Below, piece after piece: positions 38,099-49,301 of a stretch of DNA of 64,000 nucleotides. The notes below the pieces were generated by a model. That model ran no database searches, was not told the origin of the DNA, and was given only the letters and a program-made list of their open reading frames with translations. A program made the translations under genes and the position numbers. The stretch's first letter is position 1; each line of letters starts with the position of its first letter. Source of the DNA: an uncultured Actinomycetes bacterium (GTDB lineage: Bacteria; Actinomycetota; Thermoleophilia; Gaiellales; JALYLC01); assembly GCA_963705965.1 (NCBI GenBank), contig CAVPLI010000001.1, positions 422,947-486,946 of the forward strand, in the 5' to 3' direction.

Positions 38099-40811
38099 TT
38101 ACGCGGGCGGCAGCGGCAAGCCGAGCGCGGCCCGCACGATGCGGTCCTGCTCGCGGTAGTGCGCCGAGGTGTAGCCCTCGGACGGGCTGCCGCGCCACGG
38201 GCGGCCGGCGTAGCTCAGGCGCACGCCGGGCGGGACGGCGGCCTCCACGCGGTGGCGGACCGAGCGCCAGGCGCCCATGTTGGCCGGCTCTTCCTGGGCC
38301 CAGACGATCTCCCTGAGGCCGGTGTAGCCGGCCAGCAGCTCCGTCAGCTCCGCCGTCGGGAACGGGTAGAGCTGCTCGATGCGGGCGATCGCGACCTCGT
38401 CGGCGTCCGCTCGATCGGCGTGGCGCTGCATGTCGTAGTAGAGGCGGCCGGAGCAGAGCACGAGGCGGCTGATGTCCTCGCGGTACTCGGCGCTGTCGGG
38501 GTCGTCGATGATCGGCTGGAACGAGACGTCGGTCAGGTCGGAGAGCGACGACAGCGACTCCTTGAGTCGCAGCAGGCCCTTCGGCGTCATGACGACCAGC
38601 GGGCGGCGCGTGCGGCCGGCGGCCTGGCGGCGCAGCAGGTGGTACAGCTGGGCCGGCGTCGTCACGTTGGCGATGCGGAGGTTGTCGTCGGCGGCGAGCT
38701 GGAGGAAGCGCTCGAGCCGCGCCGAGGAGTGCTCCGGGCCGTTGCCCTCGTAGCCGTGCGGCAGGAACAGCGTGAGCCGTGAGGTCACGCCCCACTTGGA
38801 GCGGCCGGATGCGATGAACTGGTCGATCAGCACCTGCGCGCCGTTCGCGAAGTCGCCGAACTGCGCCTCCCAGATCACGAGCGCGTTGCGGCGCGTGACC
38901 GAGTAGCCGTACTCGAAGCCGAGGCACGCGGCCTCGGAGAGCGGCGAGTTGTGCACCTCGAAGCGCGCCTTGGACTCGTCCAGGTGCTGCATCGGCGTGT
39001 AGCGCTCGCCCGTGTGCACGTCGTGCAGCACGAGGTGGCGGTGCGAGAACGTGCCGCGCTCGGTGTCCTGGCCGGTCATGCGGATCGCGATGCCGTCCTT
39101 GAGCAGCGAGCCGAATGCGAGCGCCTCGGCGTGGCCCCAGTCGATGCCGCCCTCGCGGACGGCGCTGCGCCGCCGCTCGAGCTGCGGCCCGAGCTTGGGG
39201 TGGACCGTGAAGCCCTCCGGCAACTCGAGCAATTCGTCCGAGAGCGTGATGAGCTCCTCCGCCGTGGGGGCGTGCGCGTCGACCTGGTCGAGGTCGCGCG
39301 CCATGCGCTCCGCGGGCTCGCGCTCGGCCTGCTCGCCCGCCTCGGCCGGATGGTGGGCCCGGCTCAGCTGCTCGAGCATCTGCGAGCGGCGGGCGTCGAC
39401 GGCGGCCTCGTCGGTCAGCCCGTCGTCGATCAGGCGCTGCGCGTAGAGCGAGACCACCGACGGATGCGCCTTGATGCGATCGACCTGCAGCGGCTGCGTG
39501 TACGAGGGCTCGTCGGTCTCGTTGTGGCCGAAGCGCCGGTACCCGACCAGGTCGATCAGGACGTCGCGGCCGAAGCGCTCGCGGAAGGCCATGGCCAGGC
39601 GCACCGCGCTGCGGCAGGCGTCGACGGCGTCCGCGTTGACGTGGATGATCGGGATGTCGAAGCCCTTGGCGAGGTCGGACGAGTAGCGCGTCGAGCGCGA
39701 GTCGTGGGCGTCCGTCGTGAAGCCGACCTGGTTGTTCGCGATCACGTGCAACGTGCCGCCGACGCGGTAGCCCGCGCAGCGACTGCAGGTTGAGCGTCTC
39801 CGCCACGACACCCTGGCCGGGGAAGGCCGCGTCGCCGTGGATCGAGATCGCGAGCGCGCGGCTCGTGTCGGAGGGCGCATCGCTGCGCTCCTGGTCGGTC
39901 TGCAGCGCGCGCACGCGGCCGCTGACGACCGGATTGACGAACTCGAGGTGCGAGGGGTTCGGCAGCAGCGAGATGTCGATGCGCCGCTGCTCGACGCGCA
40001 CCTCGCCGGCCTCGCGCACGACGACGTCGATGGCGCGCGACGAGCGAGCGCCGTGGTGGTACTTGACGTCGCCCGCGCCGCCGACCGGCAGGACCTCGAG
40101 GATGTCGTCGCCGGGGCGACCCTCGAACTCCGAGATGATCGACGAGTAGTTGCGGCGCAGCACGTGCGCGAGCACGTTGAGGCGCCCGCGGTGCGCCATG
40201 CCGAGCACGGCCTCCGCGATGCCGGCCTGGGCGGCCAGCATGATCATCTCGTCGAGCATCAGGACCATCACGTCCAGTCCCTCGATCGAGAACTGCTTCT
40301 CGCCGAGGAACGCGCGGTGGAGGTAGTGCTCGAACGTCTCTACCCGGAGCAGCCGGTCGAGGATGTGGCGGCGCTCGTCGGGCGGCAGGGGCTGCGTGTA
40401 CGCGCCCGACTCGATCGCCTCGCGCAGCCACAGCCGCTGGCGGTGGCCGGAGAGATGCTCGATCTGGTACGCGATCGGCCCGGCGTAGGTCTCGCGCAGG
40501 CGCGGGAGCGCATCGGCGAGCGTCTCGCCGGGAACGAAGAGGTCGAGGGCGGCGGCCGGAATGCGCTCGAGCGCGTCGTCGGCGAGGCCGTGGTAGGCGG
40601 GGTCGAGGGCGGGATCGCCGATCGGATCGCTTCCGAGGGGATCCAGGCGCGCGGCCATGTGGCCGTGCGTTCGGTAGGCGTGAACAAGAGATCGGGCCGC
40701 CCCGATCTCTTCCGGCGCAGTGAGGCCGTTACGAGTGGGATCGGCGTGGAGGCCGTCCTCGCCCAGCGCGGGCGGGCGGTCGCCGCGCCGTCTGCGGCGA
40801 GCGGTCGACAT
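38099..40811 (-). CDS. sucA: 2-oxoglutarate dehydrogenase E1; one frameshift near 39775
   Basis: GMAHRGRLN, GDVKYH, HGDAAF, NNQVGFTT, WEAQFGDFANGAQ, HSSARLERFL. Confidence 0.95.
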
Positions 40812-40963
40812 GGGGAAAGTGAAGAAGACTCCGGCGGGGTGATGACCCCGATAGTTGTATAGACGCCCGGTGCTTTCCCGGGTTAGTCTCAGCGTACACC
40901 CAGCTGCGGGGAACATCCCCGCACCCGTCGCGCGGCGCCGCAGCATCGGGCAGACTCCAGCGC

Positions 40964-42181
40964 ATGGGCCGCAGGGTGCTGGTCACGGGAGTGGGGGTGG
41001 TGAGCTCGATCGGCACCGGCGTCAGCGCGTTCTGGGACGCGCTTGCCGACGGGGTTTCGGGCGCCAGCGTGCTCGAGCTCGACGGCGAGCCGCCGACCCC
41101 CGTCTGCCGCATCGAGGACTTCGACGGCGAGGCGCTGTTCGGGCGCCGCGACGCGCGCCGCATGGACCGTTGCGCGCAGCTCGCGACGGCGGCCGCGCAG
41201 CTCGCGCTCGAGGACGCGGGCGGCGATCTCGGCCTGCCGCACGAGCGCATCGGCGCCAGCATCGGCTCGGCGCACGGCGGCATCGGGACGCTCGACGAGG
41301 CCTACCGCACGTATTTCGAGCGCGGCTCCGACCGCGTCAGCCCCTTCATGATCCCGCTCGCCCTGACCAACACCGCCTGCGCGGCCGTGGCCCGCACGCT
41401 GCAGCTGCGCGGCCCGTCGTCGTCGACCTGCACCGCGTGCGCGGCCGGCGCCGACGCGATCGGCACGGCGCTCTGGCTGATCCGCTCGGGACGCGCCGAC
41501 GCGATGCTCGCGGGCGGTGCCGACTCTGCGATCTCGCCGGTCGTGCTCGCGGGCTACCGCAACCTCGGCGCGCTCGCGACGCTGCGCCACGGCGCGGCCG
41601 GAGCGAGCCGGCCGTTCGACTCCGAGCGCGACGGATTCGTGATCGGCGAGGGCTCCGGGGTGCTCGTGCTCGAGGAGCGCGAGCATGCGCTCGCGCGCGG
41701 CGCGCGCGTCTATGCCGAGCTCGCGGGCTACGGCTCGAGCTGCGACGCCTCGCACCTCACCGACCCCGACCAGACGGGCGCCGGTCCCGGCCTGGCGATG
41801 TCCGCGGCGCTCGCCGACGCGGGCATCGGCCCCGAGGACATCGGCTACGTCAGCGCGCACGCGACCTCGACGCCCTCGGGCGACATCGCCGAGGCGCGCG
41901 CGATCGCGGGCGCCGGACTCGCGCACGCCGCGGTCTCGGCCACCAAGTCGCTGCACGGCCACACGCTCGGCGGCGCGGGCGGCGTCGAGGCGGCGGCGGC
42001 GCTGCTGCCGATCGTGCGCGGCATCGTGCCGCCGACGCTCAACCTCGTCGAGCCCGACGACGGCTGCGGCCTCGATCACGTGATGGGCACCGCGCGGCGC
42101 GGCGTCGACGTGCGCGCCTCGCTCTCGAACAGCTTCGGCTTCGGCGGCCACAACGCCGCGCTCGTCCTCGTCAGGGCGTGA
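40964..42181 (+). CDS. fabF: Beta-ketoacyl-ACP synthase II
   Basis: TACAAG, HATST, KSLHGH, SNSFGFGGHN. Confidence 0.88.
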   Translation: MGRRVLVTGVGVVSSIGTGVSAFWDALADGVSGASVLELDGEPPTPVCRIEDFDGEALFGRRDARRMDRCAQLATAAAQLALEDAGGDLGLPHERIGASIGSAHGGIGTLDEAYRTYFERGSDRVSPFMIPLALTNTACAAVARTLQLRGPSSSTCTACAAGADAIGTALWLIRSGRADAMLAGGADSAISPVVLAGYRNLGALATLRHGAAGASRPFDSERDGFVIGEGSGVLVLEEREHALARGARVYAELAGYGSSCDASHLTDPDQTGAGPGLAMSAALADAGIGPEDIGYVSAHATSTPSGDIAEARAIAGAGLAHAAVSATKSLHGHTLGGAGGVEAAAALLPIVRGIVPPTLNLVEPDDGCGLDHVMGTARRGVDVRASLSNSFGFGGHNAALVLVRA

Positions 42182-44586
42182 CGAACGTCGCAGCCGAGCG
42201 CACGATCGTGCCGTCGACGAGTCGCGTCTGGCACGCGATCGCGTGATTCAGGTCGTTCCCGCGCGCGGTGTAGGTGCGAGCGTGGTGGTGCGGGATCACG
42301 ATCTCGTCGCGCACCCAGGTGACGTGCTTGCGCGCACTGCAGTGCAGGTGGGTGCCGACGACGGCCGAATCCTCGATCGCGACGCGCGGGAGCGCGACCG
42401 GCGTGCCCGCGACGGGATAGACGTTGCTCGAGGAGAGCGTGACCGAGCCCCAGGGGGTGCGCGCCGTGGCGCGGCAGGTCAGCGAATGCCCGCGGTCGTA
42501 GCGCGAGCGCGGGCGCTGGCTGCGAGTCGCGCCGCGCAGCACGATGCCGTCGCGGAGCCACGCGTAGCCGGAGGTCGTCGCCTCGGACGAGGTCCACGGC
42601 ACGACGCAGGTGACCCCGCCCGGCAACTGCTGCACCTGCGGCGAGTCGACGGTCGGGCGCCTGAGGTCGACGACCGCGAGCGGGCTGCCCGGCGTCTTGA
42701 TGTCGCGCACGAGGACGTGCGTGGCGTCGAGCAGGCGGACGAACGTGAGGTCGCGGCCGGACACCTGCAGCCGCCACCAGCGGGTCGTGCCGCGGCGCAC
42801 CCAGGTCATTCCGCGATTCGGGTCGTAGGCGACGAACGTGCTGCCGCCCTTCGCCGGCCAGGCGGCGAGCGCGACGCGCGCTCGGCAGCGACGGGCCGTA
42901 GATCCCGGTGGGCGCGAGCAGCGGGCTCCAGCTCCAGTCGTTCTGGACGTCACCGAGCAGCGTGCCCGAGACGACTGCGAACACCCCGCCCCGGTCGGGC
43001 GAGTTGAACAGGCCGTCGGCGTACGGCAGCGGGCGCGCGAGCAGGCTGAGATGCGGATCGAAGATGTCCCAGCCGTTGCAGCGCAGGCGCTGACCGGTGG
43101 GGCTCGTGGGATCGTCGTACGTGCCGAACGTGCAGCGGCTGCCGAGCGGCACCGCGGACCAGCTCGCGCCGCCGTCGCCCGACTCCCAGAGGTCGTCCTT
43201 CGTGCCGGCCGGCCCCGGCGCGTAGATGTGCAGCGGATTGCCGGGTGCGATCGCCGACACCGGATAGGCCCCCGGGAGTGTGATCGCCGCCCACGTGAGG
43301 CCGCCGTCGCGCGTGCGGAGCTCGGTGCGGACCGTCCCGTTCGGGCTCGAGCTCGTGGTGAAGATGTACGCGGTGCGCGGGTCGTCGCGCGAGACGATGG
43401 GCGCGATGCGCCGTTCGTCCGCCGGCCGGCGCATGCGCGTCCAGTTCGCGCCCATGTCGTCCGAGAGCCAGAGCGACGAGCTCGACCCCGTGACGCCGCT
43501 CCCGACGGCGTAGAGGTAGCGGCCGGACGCGGCGATCGCGGAATCCACCAGCGTCGTCGTCCCGAAGCGCGTGTCCGAGAGGTCGCTCCAGGTCACCCCG
43601 CCGTCCCAGGACTGCGCCGTCTCGTCGCCACCGGAGGCGACGAGGTGATTGGCGTCGGTGGGGTCGACGACGACCCAGCGCGCCGGCGTCGCGAAGGTGA
43701 TCGTGCGGAAGCTCGCGGCGGCGTCGTTGCTGTACAACGCCGACTTGGCCGAGCCGATCCGGAGTGTCGCTGTGGGCCGACTGCCGAGGATGAACTGGTC
43801 GGCGCCGTTGACGGGGTGTGTGGCAGCCAGGCTCAGGCCCCCGTCGAGTGACACCGAGAGCACGTTGCCGAGGACGTACAGCGTGCCGGGCTGCGGGCCT
43901 GCGAACGCGCGGTAGCACGCGCAGTCGGTCCCGAGCGACGCGCCCTGCAGCCACGTCGCGCCGGCGTCCCGCGAGACGGCGAGGTGGCGCTCGGCGTCGG
44001 TGGAGTTCACGGACGACGACAGGAGCCCGGTAGAGCTCGGATCGACGAGGATCGAGTCGTTGACGTTGAGCGGCATGGCGACCGAGTCGCACGCGTCGCT
44101 CGCGCGCGGGCAGCGCACGAGGTACGAGTTCCTCGGCTTGTCGGTGGTGATCCCGTAGGCCGTGCCGGCGGCGTCCTCGCCGAGGAACGTCGCGAAGGGG
44201 AGTGGCACCGCCCTGGCGCCGGCGACGTCGATCCGCTCGACGGCGAAGGTGTCCTTCGCCGTCTCGACGCTCGCGTAGAGCGTGTCCGGATTGACATTCG
44301 ACGCAGCGATCAGCGAGAGCGGCGCGCCGTCGGCCGTGCGGTAGCTCGAGCTCCAGGTGTGGCCGTGGTCATTGCTGCGCCAGACAGTGGCATTGGAGCC
44401 GGCGACCTTGGCGGGCCGGCCGCCGAACTCGACCGTGCCATAGGCGGTGCCGTCGCCCGCGAAGACGATGTTGTTGAGCATCGCGGGCGGGCCGATCGCG
44501 CGGAAGCCCGCAGGGGTCTCGGCGTGCACCGCCGCGGGGCCTGCGAGGACTGCGATCAAGGCCGCAACGATGCGTGTCCGCCACAC
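42171..44586 (-). CDS. Secreted Asp-box/BNR beta-propeller protein with C-terminal Ig-like modules; one frameshift near 42880
   Basis: Signal peptide; repeated SxDxGxTW; C-terminal C...YAWLRDG...TC modules. Confidence 0.75.
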
Positions 44587-44609
44587 CGGCGCGAGCGTAT
44601 CAGGGTTGT

Positions 44610-46046
44610 CTATGTCACTACAAACAGTGTCGTGAGGGTGGGATCAGACACTCCTGCCATGCGCGTCCCACCTGCCACTTCGCCCTGCAGCGCGGTCACG
44701 AGCTCGGCGCTGACGACCTCGCCGGGGGCGAGCGCCGGAATGCCCGGCGGGTAGGGCGCCACGAGCTCGGCGCTGACGCGGCCGACCGCCTCGGCGAACG
44801 GCACGCGCTCGCGCGGCGCGAAGAACGCCTGGCGCGGCGTCATGACCTGCTCGTGGAGCGTGCGCCACGAGGTCGCGATGCGCGGCGCCTCGCTGAGGCC
44901 GCCGCGGTTCTCGTCGATGGACTCGGCCAGCGCCGTCGCGAGATGGCGGACGCGCGCCTCGTCGTCGCCCACCGTCAGCAGCGGCACGATCGTCCGCCGG
45001 TCGGCGCCCTCGAGGCGGATGCCGCGCTCGTTCAGCGAGCGGTCGACCGCGATGCCGTCGGCCAGGGTGGCGCTGACGTCGATGATCAGCTTGAGCGGAT
45101 CGCGCGCGCCGACCGAGTGGTGGGCGAGCACGCCGTCGTCGAGCAGCTGGACGCCGTCGATCGCGCCGATCAGCTCGCGCGCCAGCCCGGCGACCGCGAG
45201 TGCAGCGGTCAGGAGCTCGTGCCCGCGCCCCTCGAAGAGCGCGCGCGAGCGGTCGATCGAGCCGAACAGGCTGGCCGACGGGCTCGTCGTCTCGAGCACG
45301 TCGAAGGCGGCGTCCAGGCGACCGAGATCGAGGTAGCCCGTGTCGCGCGCGAGCAGCACCGCGCCGGGCGTGAAGGAGGTCATCGCCTTGTGCGTCGAGA
45401 TCGCGACCGCGTCGGCGCCGAGCGCGAGCGCGGAGGCGGGGACGCCGGGATGGAAGCCGAAGTGGCCCGCCCAGGCCTGGTCGCAGATCAGCGGGATGCC
45501 GCGCGCGTGCGCGATCTCGGCAATGCGCGCCACGTGCGAGACGACGCCCAGCCACGACGGCTCGACGAGCAGGATCGCGGCCGCGTCCGGCTCGGCCGCG
45601 AGCGCGGCCTCGATGTCCTCCACCGGGTGGCCCAGCGCGACGCCGCGCGCCTCGTCGACCGCGGGCGCGATCCACACCGGCCGCGCACCGGAGAGGACGA
45701 GGCCCGCCGCGACCGACTTGTGCGAGCAGCGCGAGACGATCACCGGCGTGCCCTCGGACGCGACCGCGAGGCAGAGCGCCTGGTTGGGATGCGTCGAGCC
45801 GTTGCCGGAGAAGCGGCACAGGTCGGCACCGAAGGCCGTCGCGGCGAGCTCCTCGGCCCGCGCGCGGAACCGCATGCTGCCGCGCAGGTCATCCGCCCCG
45901 CCGTGCCACGGCGCGTCGTTGGCGAGCAGCGGATCGCCGCCGGTCAGTGCCGGGTTGCGCTTGTGGCCGGGCGTCGAGAACGACGTCGGCGACTCGCGCA
46001 GGAACGCATCGACCGCGTCGGCGAAGGGGGTCTCGGGATCCGTCAC
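44610..46046 (-). CDS. Orn/Lys/Arg decarboxylase family (PLP, fold type I)
   Basis: TPGHK, GNGST, DQAWAGH, STHK, TTSPS, PYPPGIP. Confidence 0.9.
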   Translation of the reverse strand: MTDPETPFADAVDAFLRESPTSFSTPGHKRNPALTGGDPLLANDAPWHGGADDLRGSMRFRARAEELAATAFGADLCRFSGNGSTHPNQALCLAVASEGTPVIVSRCSHKSVAAGLVLSGARPVWIAPAVDEARGVALGHPVEDIEAALAAEPDAAAILLVEPSWLGVVSHVARIAEIAHARGIPLICDQAWAGHFGFHPGVPASALALGADAVAISTHKAMTSFTPGAVLLARDTGYLDLGRLDAAFDVLETTSPSASLFGSIDRSRALFEGRGHELLTAALAVAGLARELIGAIDGVQLLDDGVLAHHSVGARDPLKLIIDVSATLADGIAVDRSLNERGIRLEGADRRTIVPLLTVGDDEARVRHLATALAESIDENRGGLSEAPRIATSWRTLHEQVMTPRQAFFAPRERVPFAEAVGRVSAELVAPYPPGIPALAPGEVVSAELVTALQGEVAGGTRMAGVSDPTLTTLFVVT

Positions 46047-46055
46047 TCGCGAGAC

Positions 46056-46088
46056 GCTATGCGAACTGTGCGAGGTGCAGCAGCAGCA
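46056..46088. repeat. Direct repeat copy A (orphan copy of nudK 3' end)
   Basis: 29/33 identical to 47246-47278 with the stop codon aligned. Confidence 0.75.
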
Positions 46089-46142
46089 GAGCTGCACGTT
46101 CGAAGGTCACGCCGATCGGGGCGAACGCTCCGACCCGGACGC

Positions 46143-47150
46143 TCAGCCCGTGCCCCAGTCAGGCGCACTGTCCCAGGCGCTGTCGGTGACGAGCGGGTGC
46201 GGGTCGCTGCCGTCGGCGTTCATGACGAGGACATCGGCTCGGCCGCCGGGGGCGGCCGTGCTGAAGATGATCTGGCCGCCGTCGGGCGAGTAGCTCGACG
46301 AGCCCACGAACGTCTCGTCGGGGAAGTGGGTCAGCTGCCGGCGATCGGAGCCGTCGGCGCGAATGGTGAAGATCTGCGCCTGTGCCAAGTTGTCGTCCAC
46401 GTGCGAGTGGAAGAGGATCCTGGTCCCGTCCGGCGACCAGTCGGGATTGTCGCCCGCATCCAGCGACCACGGCGTGAGTCGCTTGAGCTTCTTGCCATCC
46501 GCGCTCGAGACGACGATCGCCCGCCGCGTAAACGTGTCGGCGAAGTGCGAGCGCCGGTGCTCGTAGAGGAAGCGCGAGCCGTCGGGCGACAGCATGGGGA
46601 ACTCGTAGTCGGCCTGGTACGTCGCGGCGCGAGCGAGCACGCGCAGGTGCTTGCCGTCCAGATCCATCAGGACCACGTCCGAGTGCTTGATCTGATCGCC
46701 GCCCGGGTAGGTCTTGATCGCCGCCAGACGCGCGCGTGAAGACGATGTGACGGCCGTCGGGCGCGAAGCTCGGCAGCGAGTAGTCGATGAAGCCCTTGCC
46801 CGAGGGCGGGCTCACGTGCTTCAGGCCGGTACCGTCGGCCTTCACGGTGAAGATCGCGCAGGGCTTGTCCTGCCCGCAGCGGGAGAACACGAGCAGCGAT
46901 CCGTCCGGCGACCAGTCCGGCTGATCGTCGACCACGCCGCGTGCCGTCTGCGTGACCTGGCGGGCCTCCGTTCCGTCGGCATTGGCAACGAAGACCACCC
47001 CCGTGCTGTGGTCCTCGTCGAGGTAGCGCCTGAACGCGATCTTGCCGTTCTCGCCCGGAGTGGTCGCCTCGCGCCACCGCCGACCTCCGCCGCGACCGCG
47101 ACTCCGAGAAGCGCGAGCGCCAGCAATCCGCTGACACGCCTGATGTTCAT
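46143..47150 (-). CDS. Secreted TolB-like (PD40 repeat) beta-propeller; frameshifts near 47070 and 46720
   Basis: Signal peptide, PGENGKIAF, repeated PDWSPDG/ADG motifs; GGAGG RBS. Confidence 0.85.
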
Positions 47151-47245
47151 CGAACCCTCCATCGCTCGGTTGCGGCGATGTTCGGGCGGGTCGCTACCTG
47201 CGCGCTATCGGGCGCCTACCGGCGCCGGCTGCGGTGCTCGACGTG

Positions 47246-47278
47246 GCTACGCGCGCTGTGCGAGGCGCAGCAGCAGCA
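47246..47278. repeat. Direct repeat copy B (current nudK 3' end)
   Basis: Matches 46056-46088, 1190 bp away. Confidence 0.75.
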
Positions 47279-47843
47279 CGGTCTTGCCGTCGACGATCTC
47301 GCCGCGCTCGACCATCGCGATCGCCTCGGCGAGCGTCACCTCGACGATCTCGATGTCCTCGCCCTCGCCCGCCACGCCGCCGCCGTCGGAGACGCGCTCG
47401 CCGGCGCGGTAGCTCCCCGTGAAGAACGCGATGCGCTCGGTCACCGAGCCCGGGCTCATGAAGTACTCGCCGATGCGCGTCACGCGGTCGACGCGATAGC
47501 CGGTCTCCTCCTCGGCCTCGCGCCGGATCGCGGCCTCGGCTCCCTCGTCGTCGTCGAGCAGCCCGGCGGGAGCCTCGAGCAGCATGCCGTCGGGATGCCC
47601 GTTGAGGTAGGCCGGCATGCGGAACTGGCGCGTCAGCAGGATGGTGTCGCGGGTCTCGTCGCGCAGCAGGATCGTGGCGCCGTTGCCGCGGTCGTAGACC
47701 TCGCGCTGCTGCTCCGTCCACGTCCCGTCGCTGCCCTGGTAGTCGAACGTCGCGCGCTTCAGCGTGTACCACGCGTCGGAGAGCACCGTGAGCGCGCGCA
47801 GGCGCACGCGGGGATTGCCGTGCGGATCCTCCGGAACGCCCAC
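47247..47843 (-). CDS. nudK: NUDIX hydrolase, GDP-mannose pyrophosphatase type
   Basis: REVYDRGNGATILL, QFRMP, REAEEETG, MSPGSVTE, EGEDIE, DGKT. Confidence 0.88.
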   Translation of the reverse strand: MGVPEDPHGNPRVRLRALTVLSDAWYTLKRATFDYQGSDGTWTEQQREVYDRGNGATILLRDETRDTILLTRQFRMPAYLNGHPDGMLLEAPAGLLDDDEGAEAAIRREAEEETGYRVDRVTRIGEYFMSPGSVTERIAFFTGSYRAGERVSDGGGVAGEGEDIEIVEVTLAEAIAMVERGEIVDGKTVLLLRLAQRA

Positions 47844-47849
47844 CGAGCG

Positions 47850-49301
47850 TCAGGCGACGGCGACGCGGCTCGGCAGAGCGGTCGCGCCCTGCAGTGCGAG
47901 GTCGACGTTGCGCGCGGCCTCGCGCCCGTCCGCGATGGCCTGGACGATCAGGTCGGCGCCGCGCACGCAGTCGCCCGCGGCGAAGAGGCCGTCCGAGGCG
48001 GTCGCGAAGGCGCCGTCGACCGGCACCGTCTCGCGCGCGCCGAGCTCCAGGCCGAGCTGCGCGTAGAGCGGGTCGGCGGTCTCGACTCCGGTGAAGCCGA
48101 TCGCGACGAGCACCAGGTCGATGTCGAGCACGACCTCGTCGGTCTCGACCGGGCGCCGCACGCCGGTCTCGGCGAAGCCGGGGAACTCGACGCGCCGGGC
48201 GAGCAGGCGCTGGACGCGGCCGGCGTCGCCCTCGAGCGCGTGGGTCGCGAGCTGCCATTCGCGCTCGCCGCCCTCCTCGTGCGCGGGGTAGGTGCGCATC
48301 AGGAACGGCCACTCGGGCCAGGTCTTCTGCGGGTTCCGCTCGCGCGGCGGCGTCGGCCCGTGCGCGATCTCGACCACCGACGCGCAGCCCTCGCGGAGCA
48401 CGTTGCCGAGGCAGTCGGCGCTCGTGTCGCCGCCGCCGAGGATCGCGACGCGCAGGCCGCGCGCGCTGATCTCGGGACCGGGTACCGGCAGGCCTGCGAC
48501 CCGCCGGTTCTGCTGCACGAGGTAGTCCATCGCGAGATGCACGCCCGCGAGGTCGGAGCCCGGCAGCGTCAGCGGCCGGTGCCGCTGCGCGCCGGTCGCG
48601 AGCACGATCGCGCCGTGCCGCGCGCGCACCTCCTCGTACGGGATGCCGCGGCCGACGTCCACGCCGTAGGCGAACTCGACGCGCTCGGCGGTGAGCTGCT
48701 CGACGCGGCGGTCGATCAGCTCCTTCTCGAGCTTGAAGTCGGGGATGCCGTAGCGCAGCAGCCCGCCGGCGCGGTCGTCGCGCTCGTAGACCGTCACCGC
48801 GTGGCCGGCGCGCGCGAGCTGCTGGGCGGCCGCGAGCCCCGCCGGGCCGGAGCCGATCACGCCGACGCTGTGGCCCGAGCGCGTCGCGGACGGCTGCGGG
48901 AGGATCCAGCCCTCCTCCCACGCGCGCTCGACGATCGACCACTCGATCTCCTTGATCGTGACGGCGTCGTCGTTGATCGTGAGCACGCACGACTCCTCGC
49001 AGGGCGCCGGGCAGAGCTTGCCGGTCAGCTCGGGGAAGCTGTTGGTGGAGTGCAGGCGCTCGTTCGCCTCCTCCCAGTTGCCGCGGTGCACGAGGTCGTT
49101 CCAGTCGGGGATGAGGTTGCCGAGCGGGCAGCCCTTGTGACAGAACGGCACGCCGCACGACATGCAGCGGCGCGCCTGCTCGCGCACCTCGCCCTCGGGC
49201 ATGTGCTCGTGCACGTCGCGGTAGTCCCGCAGGCGCTCGAGCGGCGCGCGCAGCGGACCGAGGCGCCGCTGCACCTCGAGGAATCCGCGCGGGTCAGCCA
49301 C
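47850..49301 (-). CDS. gltD: Glutamate synthase small subunit
   Basis: RCMSCGVPFC..GCP, CPAPCEESC, GSGPAG, GGGDT. Confidence 0.96.
   Translation of the reverse strand: MADPRGFLEVQRRLGPLRAPLERLRDYRDVHEHMPEGEVREQARRCMSCGVPFCHKGCPLGNLIPDWNDLVHRGNWEEANERLHSTNSFPELTGKLCPAPCEESCVLTINDDAVTIKEIEWSIVERAWEEGWILPQPSATRSGHSVGVIGSGPAGLAAAQQLARAGHAVTVYERDDRAGGLLRYGIPDFKLEKELIDRRVEQLTAERVEFAYGVDVGRGIPYEEVRARHGAIVLATGAQRHRPLTLPGSDLAGVHLAMDYLVQQNRRVAGLPVPGPEISARGLRVAILGGGDTSADCLGNVLREGCASVVEIAHGPTPPRERNPQKTWPEWPFLMRTYPAHEEGGEREWQLATHALEGDAGRVQRLLARRVEFPGFAETGVRRPVETDEVVLDIDLVLVAIGFTGVETADPLYAQLGLELGARETVPVDGAFATASDGLFAAGDCVRGADLIVQAIADGREAARNVDLALQGATALPSRVAVA

Noticed and set aside
40964..42181. Type II polyketide cluster
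   Set aside because: Lone ketosynthase with no chain-length factor, ACP or cyclase adjacent
46047..46097. Poly-Cys leader (MQLCCCC) on the decarboxylase, resembling cysteine attenuators
   Set aside because: It is the duplicated nudK tail (CTG CTG CTG, Leu run) read in another frame; the likely start is GTG 46046
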